Positions 9,380-19,539 are shown, numbered from the stretch's first letter. The stretch: 64,000 nt of DNA from Candidatus Poribacteria bacterium (GCA_965198235.1 OZ240248.1:3392001-3456000); one strand, 5' to 3'. Program-made: numbers and translations. The notes: generated from the letters alone by a model not told the origin.

Positions 9380-11464
9380 ATGTTGCTAAATACGCGTCAA
9401 AAACCCGATTTTTTGACCATCAACTCGACTCCGATACAAAACGGAAAAGCACGAGTTGATGATCAAAACAGAAAAATCGGAGCGAAAACCCAAGCGTTAA
9501 AAAACCAAAAAATCCGACTCCCTGCTATTCTCGTAGGACTGCTTTTGATAGGGGCGATGTGTGCAATCACACCCTACAACAACTATTTCCTACAAAATAC
9601 TAAGATCGCAGGCAATCATCTCCCTGTTGGTTCAATCTTCGGGCTTCTCATTTTGGTGTTTCTCGTCAACGTGCCGTTGCGTAAGTTGATGCGAAATGGG
9701 CGTTTCGCCTTTTCCGCACTTGAGTTAACCGTTGTCTGGATGATGCTAATCGTTGCAGTCGGTATTCCGTCAATGGGTTTGTTGCAGTTTCTGCTTCCGT
9801 CTCTTGTTGCGCTGCAGTATTTTGCGACGACGGAAAATGATTGGGCAGAAACACTCCATCCGCACGTCCCAGAATGGCTCGTCGTCACGGAACCCGGCGC
9901 GGTAACAGACTTCTATGAAGGGATTTCTCCGGGTGAAAGTGTTCCATGGGTGATCTGGCTCAAGCCCTTACTCGTCTGGGGCCTTTTCGTCCTGGTCTTT
10001 TATTTTACGACGCTCTGTCTTTCCACAATTCTCCGAAAGCAATGGGTAGAACGCGAAAGGTTTTCGTTCCCTTTAATTCAGATTCCGATACAGCTCGCTG
10101 CTGAACCAGCGCGCGGCACACTGCTCAATACTTTTTTCAAAAGCAGGCTCCTTTGGGCAGGAATGGCACTACCAGTGGTGTTGCACCTTATCAACGGGTT
10201 GCATGCGCATTTCCCAAGGGTGCCGGAGATTCCACTTATTTATAACATCTACACCGTCTTCACCGAAAAACCGTGGTATACGCTTGGATGGTGGCCCGCG
10301 ATGCGGTTCGTCATCTATTTTTCGGTCATCGGGATAGCCTCTTTACTCACGCTTGAGGTGTCGTTTAGCCTCTGGTTCTTTTATCTTTTTTTCAAACTCC
10401 AATATATCATCATGAATGCGATCGGACTCAGCATCGGTCCATGGATTAGCTGTAGCCGTCAAGTGATGGGCGGCTATCTCATTTTTGTTCCCGCTGTTTT
10501 CTGGATAGGGCGTGAACACATCATCGCTGTTTTTAGAAAGACGTTTGGTCTCGGACACGCAAGAACGAGCCACGACACCGTAGGAGGTCAACCGATAGAC
10601 GATTCAAACGAACCGGTCTCGTATCGTGTGGCGCTGCTTGGATTTCTCTTAGGATTTGCCGTTCTTGTCGTGTTTTTGGTCGTCGCGGGTGTAACAACGT
10701 GGGTTGCGGTCGTAACGCTGCTCTCTATCTTTATCACATCAATTGTTTTGTCTTGGATGGTCGTTAACGGAGGGCTATTGCTGGTGCAGGCTCCTTTTTT
10801 CCCTTCGGAATACATTGATATTACTTTGGGTTCCAACGCATTAGGGCATAAGAGTCTTGCGATCCTGAGTTTTCAGCGCACCTTCTTGCGCGATTGGGGC
10901 GAGTTTATGATGCCAAACTTCCTTCATAGCTTCAAGGCAGCGGATGAGGTGAAACTTGCCCGTCGGCGTGTTATGCCGATCCTATGGGTTGCAATTGTCT
11001 TCGCACTCCTTGTGTCTGTTTATGCCTCGTTGACGCTAATTTATGGCAAGGGTGCCCTATTTTTACAGAGTTGGTCTTTCGTGGTCGCGCCGCGGAACTA
11101 TTTCCAACGGATGAGTAGCCTTATCCAATTCCCTATTGAAACGAAGTGGGACGAGGTGTACAGCATGATTGCTGGCGCAGGGTTTACTGGTTTCATGCTC
11201 TGGATGCGGCAGAACTTTGTCTGGTGGTCCCTACATCCGATCGGTTATCTGCTGGGGGCGACCTACCCACCCTTTCACCTCTGGTCGTCAATTTTAATCG
11301 GATGGTTCATTAAGTATATGGCACTTAAGTTTGGCGGTGCCTCGACGTATCGAAAGATTCGACCCGTCGCATTCGGCTTGATTTTCGGTGAATATGTGAT
11401 GGTGGGGCTGTGGATGATAGTTGGGTTCTTCACAGGAATCGGTTATTTTGCGTTGCCATCATGA
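9380..11464 (+). CDS. Polytopic membrane protein, DUF6785/DUF6784-type putative transporter
   Basis: Many TM segments; LRKQWVERERFSFP and WWSLHPIGY; paralogous to 22322-24271. Confidence 0.75.
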   Translation: MLLNTRQKPDFLTINSTPIQNGKARVDDQNRKIGAKTQALKNQKIRLPAILVGLLLIGAMCAITPYNNYFLQNTKIAGNHLPVGSIFGLLILVFLVNVPLRKLMRNGRFAFSALELTVVWMMLIVAVGIPSMGLLQFLLPSLVALQYFATTENDWAETLHPHVPEWLVVTEPGAVTDFYEGISPGESVPWVIWLKPLLVWGLFVLVFYFTTLCLSTILRKQWVERERFSFPLIQIPIQLAAEPARGTLLNTFFKSRLLWAGMALPVVLHLINGLHAHFPRVPEIPLIYNIYTVFTEKPWYTLGWWPAMRFVIYFSVIGIASLLTLEVSFSLWFFYLFFKLQYIIMNAIGLSIGPWISCSRQVMGGYLIFVPAVFWIGREHIIAVFRKTFGLGHARTSHDTVGGQPIDDSNEPVSYRVALLGFLLGFAVLVVFLVVAGVTTWVAVVTLLSIFITSIVLSWMVVNGGLLLVQAPFFPSEYIDITLGSNALGHKSLAILSFQRTFLRDWGEFMMPNFLHSFKAADEVKLARRRVMPILWVAIVFALLVSVYASLTLIYGKGALFLQSWSFVVAPRNYFQRMSSLIQFPIETKWDEVYSMIAGAGFTGFMLWMRQNFVWWSLHPIGYLLGATYPPFHLWSSILIGWFIKYMALKFGGASTYRKIRPVAFGLIFGEYVMVGLWMIVGFFTGIGYFALPS

Positions 11465-11678
11465 CCTATAGGTACGCTTGCAAACAGAAGTTGTGAATCA
11501 AACCAGACTTCATCTGAGTTATCAATGGCTCTTTAACGATTAGAATATTGTGAGGACAAAGTGTCCTCTTAAAATTGGTATAGAAAACCAAGCTTGAAAC
11601 GGAGTTTCAAGCGGAACCAAGGAAAAGCACGTCAAATCACAAACCCACGTGCCTTAACCGCAAGGGAAATTAGAAAAC

Positions 11679-12881
11679 ATGCAATCGAATCAATGTCCGC
11701 TCACTGAGACGTGGAAAACACGTGCGAAAACTCGGCATACTGTTGTTGGGATTCGGACGTGGCACGTCAACTTGAACCCTCGCGCCATGCCCAGTTTAGG
11801 GTTCGCCAAGGGTCAGTGGCAAAAATCCACTACTCAGACAGCACATGTCGATTGGCGCGGTCCCTTCGCTGCACAAGCCGGGGCGTTAATCGTAGAAATT
11901 ACCACCGATAAGGGTTTGAAAGGATACGGTCTTGGGGGTGGAGGGCTTGCTGGCGCGCTAATTATTGAAAAACACCTCCAGAACTTCGTCATCGGACGCG
12001 ATCCGCTTGATGTTGAGGAGATTTGGGAGCGTCTGTATCATATCACCTCAATTTATGGGCGACGCGGCTTGGTTATTTACGTCTTGAGCGGTATAGAACT
12101 CGCGCTTGTTGACCTGTGTGGGAAGATTGTGGACGCGCCTGTCTATAGTCTTATTACGGATACACCACGCTTTAAGATTCCTGCCTATGCTACTGGTGCC
12201 GATGTCGGCTATTACGCAGAAAACGGGTTTTCCGCTTGCAAGCTGCCGCTCCGCAATGGTCTTGCTGAGGGTGAGGATGGATTTGCGGAAAACGTCGAGC
12301 TGATACACGCTGCGCGAGACGCTGTCGGAGCAGAAACAGAATTGATGGCAGACATCTATCTCCGTTGGGATGTGGATTACACGCGCCGTTTCGCTGATGC
12401 CGCCACCGACGCGCGCCTCAAGTGGATCGAAGAACCTATCCCACTTGACGACTATGCAGGCATGGCACAATTAGTGCGTGAAGTTCAACCGGCTTGGATT
12501 GTCTCTGGTGAACATGAATTCACACGATACGGATTTCGTGAGTTGTTGCGTTGGAAGGCAGCGGATATGATTCAACCGGACATTAGTTGGGCGGGTGGGT
12601 TCACGGAATGCCTACGCATCGCATGTGAAGCCGCTGAACAGGATATCCCGACATGGCTCCACCAAGCGGGTACGCCATGGGGATTGCATCTCACTGCGTG
12701 TCTTCCGATACCGTGTATGGCAGAAACCTTCGGTCCCTCCCGCGACGGCGTTGAAAATGAACTGTATCGCCGCTTGCGTCCCGTGCCCCAGGATGGATTT
12801 TTCACTCTCAACGATGCTCCCGGTTTCGGTGTAGAACTTGACGAGGCATTATTAGAGGCATACACAGTTGATCGGCTATAG
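11679..12881 (+). CDS. Mandelate racemase/enolase superfamily (L-rhamnonate dehydratase-like)
   Basis: SGIELALVDLCGK, LMAD, WIEEP, SGEHE, QPD, PGFGVEL. Confidence 0.88.
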   Translation: MQSNQCPLTETWKTRAKTRHTVVGIRTWHVNLNPRAMPSLGFAKGQWQKSTTQTAHVDWRGPFAAQAGALIVEITTDKGLKGYGLGGGGLAGALIIEKHLQNFVIGRDPLDVEEIWERLYHITSIYGRRGLVIYVLSGIELALVDLCGKIVDAPVYSLITDTPRFKIPAYATGADVGYYAENGFSACKLPLRNGLAEGEDGFAENVELIHAARDAVGAETELMADIYLRWDVDYTRRFADAATDARLKWIEEPIPLDDYAGMAQLVREVQPAWIVSGEHEFTRYGFRELLRWKAADMIQPDISWAGGFTECLRIACEAAEQDIPTWLHQAGTPWGLHLTACLPIPCMAETFGPSRDGVENELYRRLRPVPQDGFFTLNDAPGFGVELDEALLEAYTVDRL

Positions 12882-13077
12882 GGCGGTCAACCTGTAGCGG
12901 CATGGTTTGACGCTGACCATGCTTTATATGATGCACACGCAACGCTTTGATACGCCCTTTCATTGCAATATCTTATAGGAACTGTCTCGTTCTGTGCTGC
13001 CGAATAGCCTTTTGCTGCGGTTAATCCTCACGGATTTAGATATTGCTGACATCTATCAAACAGCCTACACCCGTTAC

Positions 13078-13200
13078 TATTCACCCTTCCTCCGCTTCAC
13101 ATGCATCGGTTTGAACATAATGCCTGCTGCTTCAAGTGCCTTTTCACTGGCATAGTTGCAATAGGCTTTACCCGCATATACCACAGAACACTCACCGCTG
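13078..13200 (-). pseudogene. Short DDE transposase remnant (IS982-like)
   Basis: Translates SVVYAGKAYCNYASEKALEAAGIMFKPM, resembling the VYADKAY catalytic-Asp region; no start codon and no flanking ORF. Confidence 0.5.
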
Positions 13201-13383
13201 CCACCAGTCTACTGATGCTTGATTGCTGATTGCTGATGTCTGTTGGCGATAGGAGCGGTTTCCTTTGATTTTTCTATACCCTGGAAACGCTGCGGTTGCA
13301 ACAATTTATGAACCCCTTCCATCCTTAAATGTGTGTCATTTTTTAGATTTTGACATTTTTTTCGTGAATATGTGTTATTTTTC

Positions 13384-13412
13384 TTGACATTTTTTACCAA
13401 TTTTTGTATTCT
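13384..13412 (+). promoter_or_regulatory. Sigma70 promoter facing a deleted gene
   Basis: TTGACA-N17-TATTCT. Confidence 0.5.
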
Positions 13413-13437
13413 TCTAAGTGGCAGCCTTTTTTTAGAG

Positions 13438-13501
13438 GTGCGTCGACGGTGGTTGCAACACCAGCCGACGCGGCACTGCCATAATTCGACTATGACAGCA
13501 C
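13438..13501 (-). ncRNA. Candidate c4-antisense-like small RNA
   Basis: Two hairpins with G.U pairs only on the minus strand; extended -10 TGCTACAAT at 13509-13517. Confidence 0.5.
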
Positions 13502-13627
13502 TAACCTAATTGTAGCATGAAACCCATTTATTTTGTGAGACTTTTAGGTTAGCACCTTATACGCGAAAGGATTGCCCAAGAACGCACACCTTACCGTTTG
13601 CCTTCCCAAAGCAATTCCAAGGAAATC

Positions 13628-13791
13628 AGGACTTACGCAAATTGAACAGAGAAACGGTATATTTTGCTGAAAATGCCTCCCAGTGAGAGTATTTCGTTAT
13701 ATTTAACCCCCTAAAGAATCAACGGTATGAATGCCTTATGGCATTCCCCGCCCCTTATCAGGGGGACTTTAAGAGGAAATGCGTAAGTCCT
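13628..13791. mobile_element. MITE-like element
   Basis: Perfect 12-bp TIR AGGACTTACGCA / TGCGTAAGTCCT; internal palindrome CCCCTTATCAGGGG (related copy near 33946). Confidence 0.7.
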
Positions 13792-13792
13792 A

Positions 13793-13933
13793 ATGAATAT
13801 TGAAGCGTTTACATGGGATCGTGTGGTTCTCAGCGATTGGTTGCTTCCACCGAGTGAGTCGTCTGCACCGGGTGCCCCCTCGGCGATCCAGCGAAAACTC
13901 GTCACGACGTGGGGCGCGTTGAAAAAACAGTGA
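13793..13933 (+). pseudogene. Orphan C-terminal fragment of a secreted protein carrying the TWG motif
   Basis: MNIEAFTWDRVVLSDWLLPPSESSAPGAPSAIQRKLVTTWGALKKQ*, beginning immediately after the MITE. Confidence 0.7.
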
Positions 13934-14030
13934 TGTTATTTAGCAATGAAAACCTACACGCTGATGCAACCGGGGATACATGTTCTCCCATAGCAACTTC
14001 GCTGTTGCTGTGTTCTCGACCAAGAGGTAT

Positions 14031-14861
14031 TTAAACGGTTCCATCAGGATGTTTCTCTTTCATCCGTTTGACAGAATCCAATTTCGTCTGTTGCCAATCG
14101 GTCCAGTCTTTCTTTCCTTCATAGCGGACGACATCGTGAATCGTTGCGCGCGGTTGATAGGTAATATAGTTTCCCGTGTGCCAAGCGAGGTTCCGATACA
14201 CCATGAAATCTCCCGGTCCCAGATGCACTTGAACCGCACCCGGAAACTGTCTACAGTGCTCTAAACAGAATCTTTCAGCTTCAGCGTTAGATTGCCCTTC
14301 AGCAGGTTTCCGCAGCTTCGGATCGTTTGTTGATTGTTCTTCGCCGGGCATGTTCCATTGGCGTAGATGACTGCCGGGGACGAACCATGTACAGGAGTCG
14401 GCATAAATCGCGCAGTTGACCTGATTGAAATGGCGTAGGTCGTACCAGACTTCCGCTAACTTCGCGTTGACAATCTCGTCACGCGCCTCGGGAGGGACCT
14501 CGACAACGCCATCTCGGTGCCAACCGATATGCCATGGATGCTCAAGCGGCTCAACGAGGAGTCCCATGATGTCAACGTGTCCATGTGTATAATTGGCACC
14601 GAGCAATTTTTCGATAGCGTCTCGGAGTTCCGGTAACTCTGTGTAGTCGTAGAAGGGCTTCAGATCCAATTCATCGCCGTAATTGGATAGCGGTTGAATT
14701 CGTTGCGTTTGCGGTCCGTTGAGTTTATGTGCCAGATCGCGGGCTTTCTCTGCCTCTCGGCGCAGATCGCTGAGCAACGCTGGTGGAACAATCCCTCGAA
14801 AGATGAGATACCCTTCCGAGAGGTATTCATTGACCATAGAATCTTGAAATTGAAATGCCAT
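14031..14861 (-). CDS. PhyH family dioxygenase
   Basis: GWHRD, WFVPGSH, WHTG. Confidence 0.88.
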   Translation of the reverse strand: MAFQFQDSMVNEYLSEGYLIFRGIVPPALLSDLRREAEKARDLAHKLNGPQTQRIQPLSNYGDELDLKPFYDYTELPELRDAIEKLLGANYTHGHVDIMGLLVEPLEHPWHIGWHRDGVVEVPPEARDEIVNAKLAEVWYDLRHFNQVNCAIYADSCTWFVPGSHLRQWNMPGEEQSTNDPKLRKPAEGQSNAEAERFCLEHCRQFPGAVQVHLGPGDFMVYRNLAWHTGNYITYQPRATIHDVVRYEGKKDWTDWQQTKLDSVKRMKEKHPDGTV

Positions 14862-15001
14862 TGTCCTGCCCAATACAAGCAGAGTTTACGCGCTTGTTGT
14901 TATTTGCTACGTTTTGAAGTTTGGCTTCACAATAGATGCGATTTCTTCTGCACGTTCCCAAGATACTGTTACCTTCCGCTTCATTCTTCGCGATCCTCCG
15001 G

Positions 15002-15406
15002 TTAGACCGTCACGCCACGCCATTCATCCTTCGCGCATGTAATATCGACAACATTTCCATCCGGATCGGCAACCTTGAAGGAGCGTTCCGGTGGTTTATT
15101 ATCGTTGATATCATCTCCCTTTTTCACATTATCCATGATCAATTCAAAACCGCCATCTCGGAGAGTGTTGTAGATTTTCGCTAAATCCTCAACAATGATA
15201 CCGAAGTGGATAAACTCTGTTCCCTCCTCAAACGGTGGACGTTCCGCACCGTTGTATTGGAGAATCGTCATGTTCAGCGTGCCGTCCGAGAGATCTAACC
15301 CACCGCGTCCCCGGTATCCGACAAACTCAAAACCGATGGTTTCGTAAAAAAGGCGCGAGGATTCCATATCCTTTGTCCGAAGCGCGATGTGTCTCAAAAA
15401 TGCCAT
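15002..15406 (-). CDS. VOC/glyoxalase family protein
   Basis: LRHIALRTKD, IHFGIIVED, DPDGNVVDI. Confidence 0.9.
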   Translation of the reverse strand: MAFLRHIALRTKDMESSRLFYETIGFEFVGYRGRGGLDLSDGTLNMTILQYNGAERPPFEEGTEFIHFGIIVEDLAKIYNTLRDGGFELIMDNVKKGDDINDNKPPERSFKVADPDGNVVDITCAKDEWRGVTV

Positions 15407-15669
15407 TGTGGTTACTCCTTTTGGGTGAGATGAACTTAATCTATCAAAGACTTGTTGGAATTAGGCTTCATTTTACAATAAAAGCCGTTCAAATGTCAAT
15501 AGGAACATACAACTGAATCAGGGCTATTTAGTTTTCCCGTATCCACGGTAGGCGAGGTTTGTAACCTCGCCGATCATCAAGTGCACACTTAATTGTCGGT
15601 TTTAATATAAAATCCTTAATCATCACAAACCCGTACCTACTGAAAACTGAAAACTAAATAACCCTTCTC

Positions 15670-15697
15670 TTGACAAAAACCTATATCTGTTTATAAT
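15670..15697 (+). promoter_or_regulatory. Sigma70 promoter of the sulfatase gene
   Basis: TTGACA-N16-TATAAT. Confidence 0.7.
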
Positions 15698-15732
15698 GAA
15701 GGAAATCCAATGAAGTTCACGAGGGATTTTAG

Positions 15733-17190
15733 ATGCGTTCTCAGGGTCCCAATCTGCTCTATATCCATTCCGACCAGCATAACCCTTATGTGACCGGTTG
15801 CTACGGTGACCCATTGGTGCAGACCCCCAATCTCGATGGTCTCGCCGCCGAGGGGGTGGTGTTTGAAAACGTCTATTGTCCATCTCCGATCTGTGTGCCA
15901 TCCCGGATGTCGATGTTGAGTGGACGCTACCCTCATGAGAATGCAGTCTGGACCAATAGTCACATCCTCGATTCCAGTATTCCTACTTTTGCACATGCGA
16001 TGGGGGGCGCGGGCTATAAACCAGTACTTATCGGACGAATGCACGCACTCGGACCGGATCAACTGCACGGGTATGCTGAGCGTCTCGTCGGAGACCACGG
16101 TCCGAACTATCAGGGTGGACGTGGTGTTGATCATGGCGAATTGTCCGGCACAGCAGGACCGGCGCGTGTGAGTCTCCAAAAATCGGGGGCAGGGCAGAGC
16201 GCCTATCAGGTGCACGATGAGGATGTGACTGCTGCAACAGTTGATTACCTGAATCGACTCGGAGTCCAGAAACGGGCAGGGCTTTTAGACGCTCCATTTT
16301 CGATTTCCGTCGGGTTTATGCTGCCGCATCAACCTTTCGTTGCCCGTCAGGAGGATTATCGACTGTATGAAGCGCAGATGACGATGCCTCAAAATCTTGA
16401 ACCTTTCTCAGAGGCGTTGCATCCCTACTTTCGGTGGTGGCGTGAAAAATGTGGCGTTGTTGAAGTTTCCGATGCTGAGGTCCTTCGCGCACGCACGGCG
16501 TATTGGGCGTTGGTAACCCGAATGGACATGATGATTGGGCAGATCTTAACAGCACTCCGAGAAAACGGGTTGGATGAGGACACCCTCATCCTCTATAGTT
16601 CAGATCACGGCGAGCAGGTCGGTGAACATGGGCTCTGGTGGAAGCAGACGTTTTATGAACATTCCGTGAAAGTCCCCGCAATTTTATCGTGGCGCGGTGC
16701 TTTACCGGAAGGCGTACGGTGTGATCGGGTTGTTAGTTCGCTTGATTTGAATGCCACGATGCTTGAGGCACTCGGGACACCACCTTTACCACACTCTCGT
16801 GGACGGAGCACCTTACCGCTTCTCCGCGACTCGGGCGCGCCGTGGGAAGACCTCGCCTTCTCCGAATATTGTACCGATGATGGTTGCTATCATCGGATGG
16901 TCCGTGATGGCGAATGGAAGTTGAATTACTATCACGGTCAACCCACGCAGTTTTTCAACTTAAACGAAGACCCAAACGAATTGCAAGACCGAGCAGACGA
17001 TCCCGCATGCCAAGACATTTTGGCACATTTGACACAAAAGGTATTGGACGGTTGGGACCCGGATTCGGTTGCAGAGCAGATGGCAGCGAAGCGTGCAGAC
17101 ACACAAATCCTCGGCAGGTGGGGACGAAATACACAACCCGCAGACCAGTACCGTTGGAACTTGTTACCAGAAATGGATTATCTGGATTGA
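15733..17190 (+). CDS. Sulfatase (choline-sulfatase-like)
   Basis: PNLLYIHSDQH, CVPSR, SDHGE. Confidence 0.93.
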   Translation: MRSQGPNLLYIHSDQHNPYVTGCYGDPLVQTPNLDGLAAEGVVFENVYCPSPICVPSRMSMLSGRYPHENAVWTNSHILDSSIPTFAHAMGGAGYKPVLIGRMHALGPDQLHGYAERLVGDHGPNYQGGRGVDHGELSGTAGPARVSLQKSGAGQSAYQVHDEDVTAATVDYLNRLGVQKRAGLLDAPFSISVGFMLPHQPFVARQEDYRLYEAQMTMPQNLEPFSEALHPYFRWWREKCGVVEVSDAEVLRARTAYWALVTRMDMMIGQILTALRENGLDEDTLILYSSDHGEQVGEHGLWWKQTFYEHSVKVPAILSWRGALPEGVRCDRVVSSLDLNATMLEALGTPPLPHSRGRSTLPLLRDSGAPWEDLAFSEYCTDDGCYHRMVRDGEWKLNYYHGQPTQFFNLNEDPNELQDRADDPACQDILAHLTQKVLDGWDPDSVAEQMAAKRADTQILGRWGRNTQPADQYRWNLLPEMDYLD

Positions 17191-17251
17191 ATTGACAACA
17201 TGACACAGCCTTGGATAATAGGTTCAATTTTCACGTAGAAGGAGATACAAC

Positions 17252-18115
17252 ATGGCAAACAGTCCAATTCTCAAGGGTGAACCTTTTAGCGAAGAGAAAA
17301 CGGCACAGATTGCCGAACAGTTCTTCCGCGATGGGTTCGTTTACATTCCGGGTGTGTTGACTGAGGGAGAGGTCACCGCGCTACGAGAGAAATCAGATGA
17401 ACTTTTCACTGACCCACAACTTGCAGAGCGAACGAATCCCGACCTCGCGGATGTCAGATACATCCAGATGGGCGCGCACGCCGAATCTAAAGATCCGTTA
17501 CCGTTCATTTTACGGAACACGATTGAGATCGATCCAATCTTTCGGGATATGCTCCTCCGCGAACCGATTCTGAGTTTGGCAGAGGCGATCGTCGGCGAGA
17601 ACTGCAAATTTTGTGGGCAGAATGTCCTACGGAATCTCCCTGGACTCTCGATTGACCAGTGGCATGTTGACGGCTCGGTTCACTTTCCTGTCACCGAGGA
17701 AATGCCGCGCCACGATCTGCGCCTGCGGATGCCTGTGATGTGGTTCACCGTCCAGATGGCGTTGAGCGATATTGATACGCTTGAGGAGGGACCGACGCAA
17801 TACGTCCGTGGCAGTCATTACTCCGGCAGACATCCCAACGATCAGGAAGATCCTGAATTTGAGGGAAATAAGCCGACCTCTATTCTCTGCAAGGCGGGCG
17901 ACATCTACCTACAGGACCCGCAGTGTTGGCATCGCGGCGCACCGAACCTTTCTGGTAAAACACGCTATATCTTACAATCGCAGTACGCCGCCTACTGGGC
18001 CTATTGGCGGTTTAGTCTCTGCAACGGCGTGCCTGTTCCTGAAGACGTTCTGGAAAATGCAGATGATCGGTTGATGAGTCTTTTAGGACGCCCGCGTGTG
18101 AGTGACTTGAATTAA
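17252..18115 (+). CDS. PhyH family dioxygenase
   Basis: WHVD, GPTQYVRGSH, WHRG. Confidence 0.9.
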   Translation: MANSPILKGEPFSEEKTAQIAEQFFRDGFVYIPGVLTEGEVTALREKSDELFTDPQLAERTNPDLADVRYIQMGAHAESKDPLPFILRNTIEIDPIFRDMLLREPILSLAEAIVGENCKFCGQNVLRNLPGLSIDQWHVDGSVHFPVTEEMPRHDLRLRMPVMWFTVQMALSDIDTLEEGPTQYVRGSHYSGRHPNDQEDPEFEGNKPTSILCKAGDIYLQDPQCWHRGAPNLSGKTRYILQSQYAAYWAYWRFSLCNGVPVPEDVLENADDRLMSLLGRPRVSDLN

Positions 18116-18138
18116 GGGACCAGGAAACGAGGAAAAAT

Positions 18139-19539
18139 ATGGCTAAAACACCACTTCACTTCAGAACGATTACCGAGATCTCGGAAGCGATCGCCTCAAA
18201 ACAGGTGTCGCCTGTAGATATTACGACTGCAATGTTGCAGCGTATCCACGAGCTTGACGGTCGATTGAAGAGTTACGCCACAGTGATGGCGGATTCTGCA
18301 ATGGCTGCCGCACAGAAAGCGGAACGGGAAATTGACGCGGGAATGTCCCGGGGTCCCCTGCACGGTGTGCCGATTGCAGTAAAGGATCTCTGCTTCACGA
18401 AGGGGGTCCGCACAATGGGTGCCGCGAAAGTACTCGCGGATCACGTCCCATCGTTTGATGGTACGGTCATCGCAAAACTTGAAGCAGCGGGTGCCGTTCT
18501 GCTTGGCAAGCTCAACCTGACTGAAGGCGCGATGGGTGGCTACAATCCTGAATTCGACATCCCAAAAAACCCGTGGAATCCTGACCGGTGGACAGGTTCA
18601 TCGTCGAGCGGTTCTGGGGTCGCGACAGCCGCAGGATTATGTTTCGGTTCGCTCGGCAGCGACACAGGCGGTTCAATTCGCTTTCCTTCAGCGGCGTGTG
18701 GGCTTGTAGGTCTGAAGCCGACGTGGGGGAGAGTCAGTCGTTACGGTGTACTCGCGCTCGCCGAATCGATGGACCATGTCGGTCCAATGACGCGAAGTGT
18801 CGCTGATGCCGGGATTATGCTTGAGGTGATCGCTGGATTCGATCCGAACGATCCAACCTCTCTGCCAAATCCTGTACCGAATATGCTTGAGGGAATTGGG
18901 CAAGACATCCAAGAGGTCCGTATCGGGTTCGACGAGAACTATGCTACCAACGATATTGATACTGAACTCGCCGAAGCGGTTCGTGCTGGTGTAGAAGTCT
19001 TGGCAGACCAAGGGGCTGAAATTGTTGAAGTTCAAGTGCCCGATGTGGATGAATACGTCTCTGCATGGCCCACGCTGTGTTCAGCAGAGGCAGTGTTAGC
19101 ACACGCAGCCACCTATCCCTCCCAACGAGATGATTATGCTCCTTGGTTCCGGGGCTGGCTTGATATGGGCGCGAAGGTGACAGGCGCGGGATATGCGAAA
19201 GCGAACAATTTGAGAGCCGCCTGCACGGGACATTTCAGGAGTGTGTTTGAGGGGATTGATGTACTGGTGTGTCCGTCAATGTCTGCCCCACCGCATGTCG
19301 TCACGCCAGAGATGTTATACGGAGCGTACGGAGCCCGGGATCCGAAGTTCCAGCGGTTCACCGTGCCGTTTGACTACAACGGTGCCCCGACGCTATCTGT
19401 GCCGTGTGGCATGAACAGCGAAGGGCTACCGTTGAGCATTCAGTTTGTTGGAAAACACTTGTCAGAGCCGTTGTTATGTCAGGTTGGACACGCTTATGAG
19501 AGTGCTACACCGTGGCACAATCTTCATCCCGATGTATGA
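18139..19539 (+). CDS. Amidase signature family enzyme
   Basis: GPLHGVPIAVKD, GSSSSGS, GSDTGGSIRFPS, GLKPTWGRVS. Confidence 0.93.
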   Translation: MAKTPLHFRTITEISEAIASKQVSPVDITTAMLQRIHELDGRLKSYATVMADSAMAAAQKAEREIDAGMSRGPLHGVPIAVKDLCFTKGVRTMGAAKVLADHVPSFDGTVIAKLEAAGAVLLGKLNLTEGAMGGYNPEFDIPKNPWNPDRWTGSSSSGSGVATAAGLCFGSLGSDTGGSIRFPSAACGLVGLKPTWGRVSRYGVLALAESMDHVGPMTRSVADAGIMLEVIAGFDPNDPTSLPNPVPNMLEGIGQDIQEVRIGFDENYATNDIDTELAEAVRAGVEVLADQGAEIVEVQVPDVDEYVSAWPTLCSAEAVLAHAATYPSQRDDYAPWFRGWLDMGAKVTGAGYAKANNLRAACTGHFRSVFEGIDVLVCPSMSAPPHVVTPEMLYGAYGARDPKFQRFTVPFDYNGAPTLSVPCGMNSEGLPLSIQFVGKHLSEPLLCQVGHAYESATPWHNLHPDV

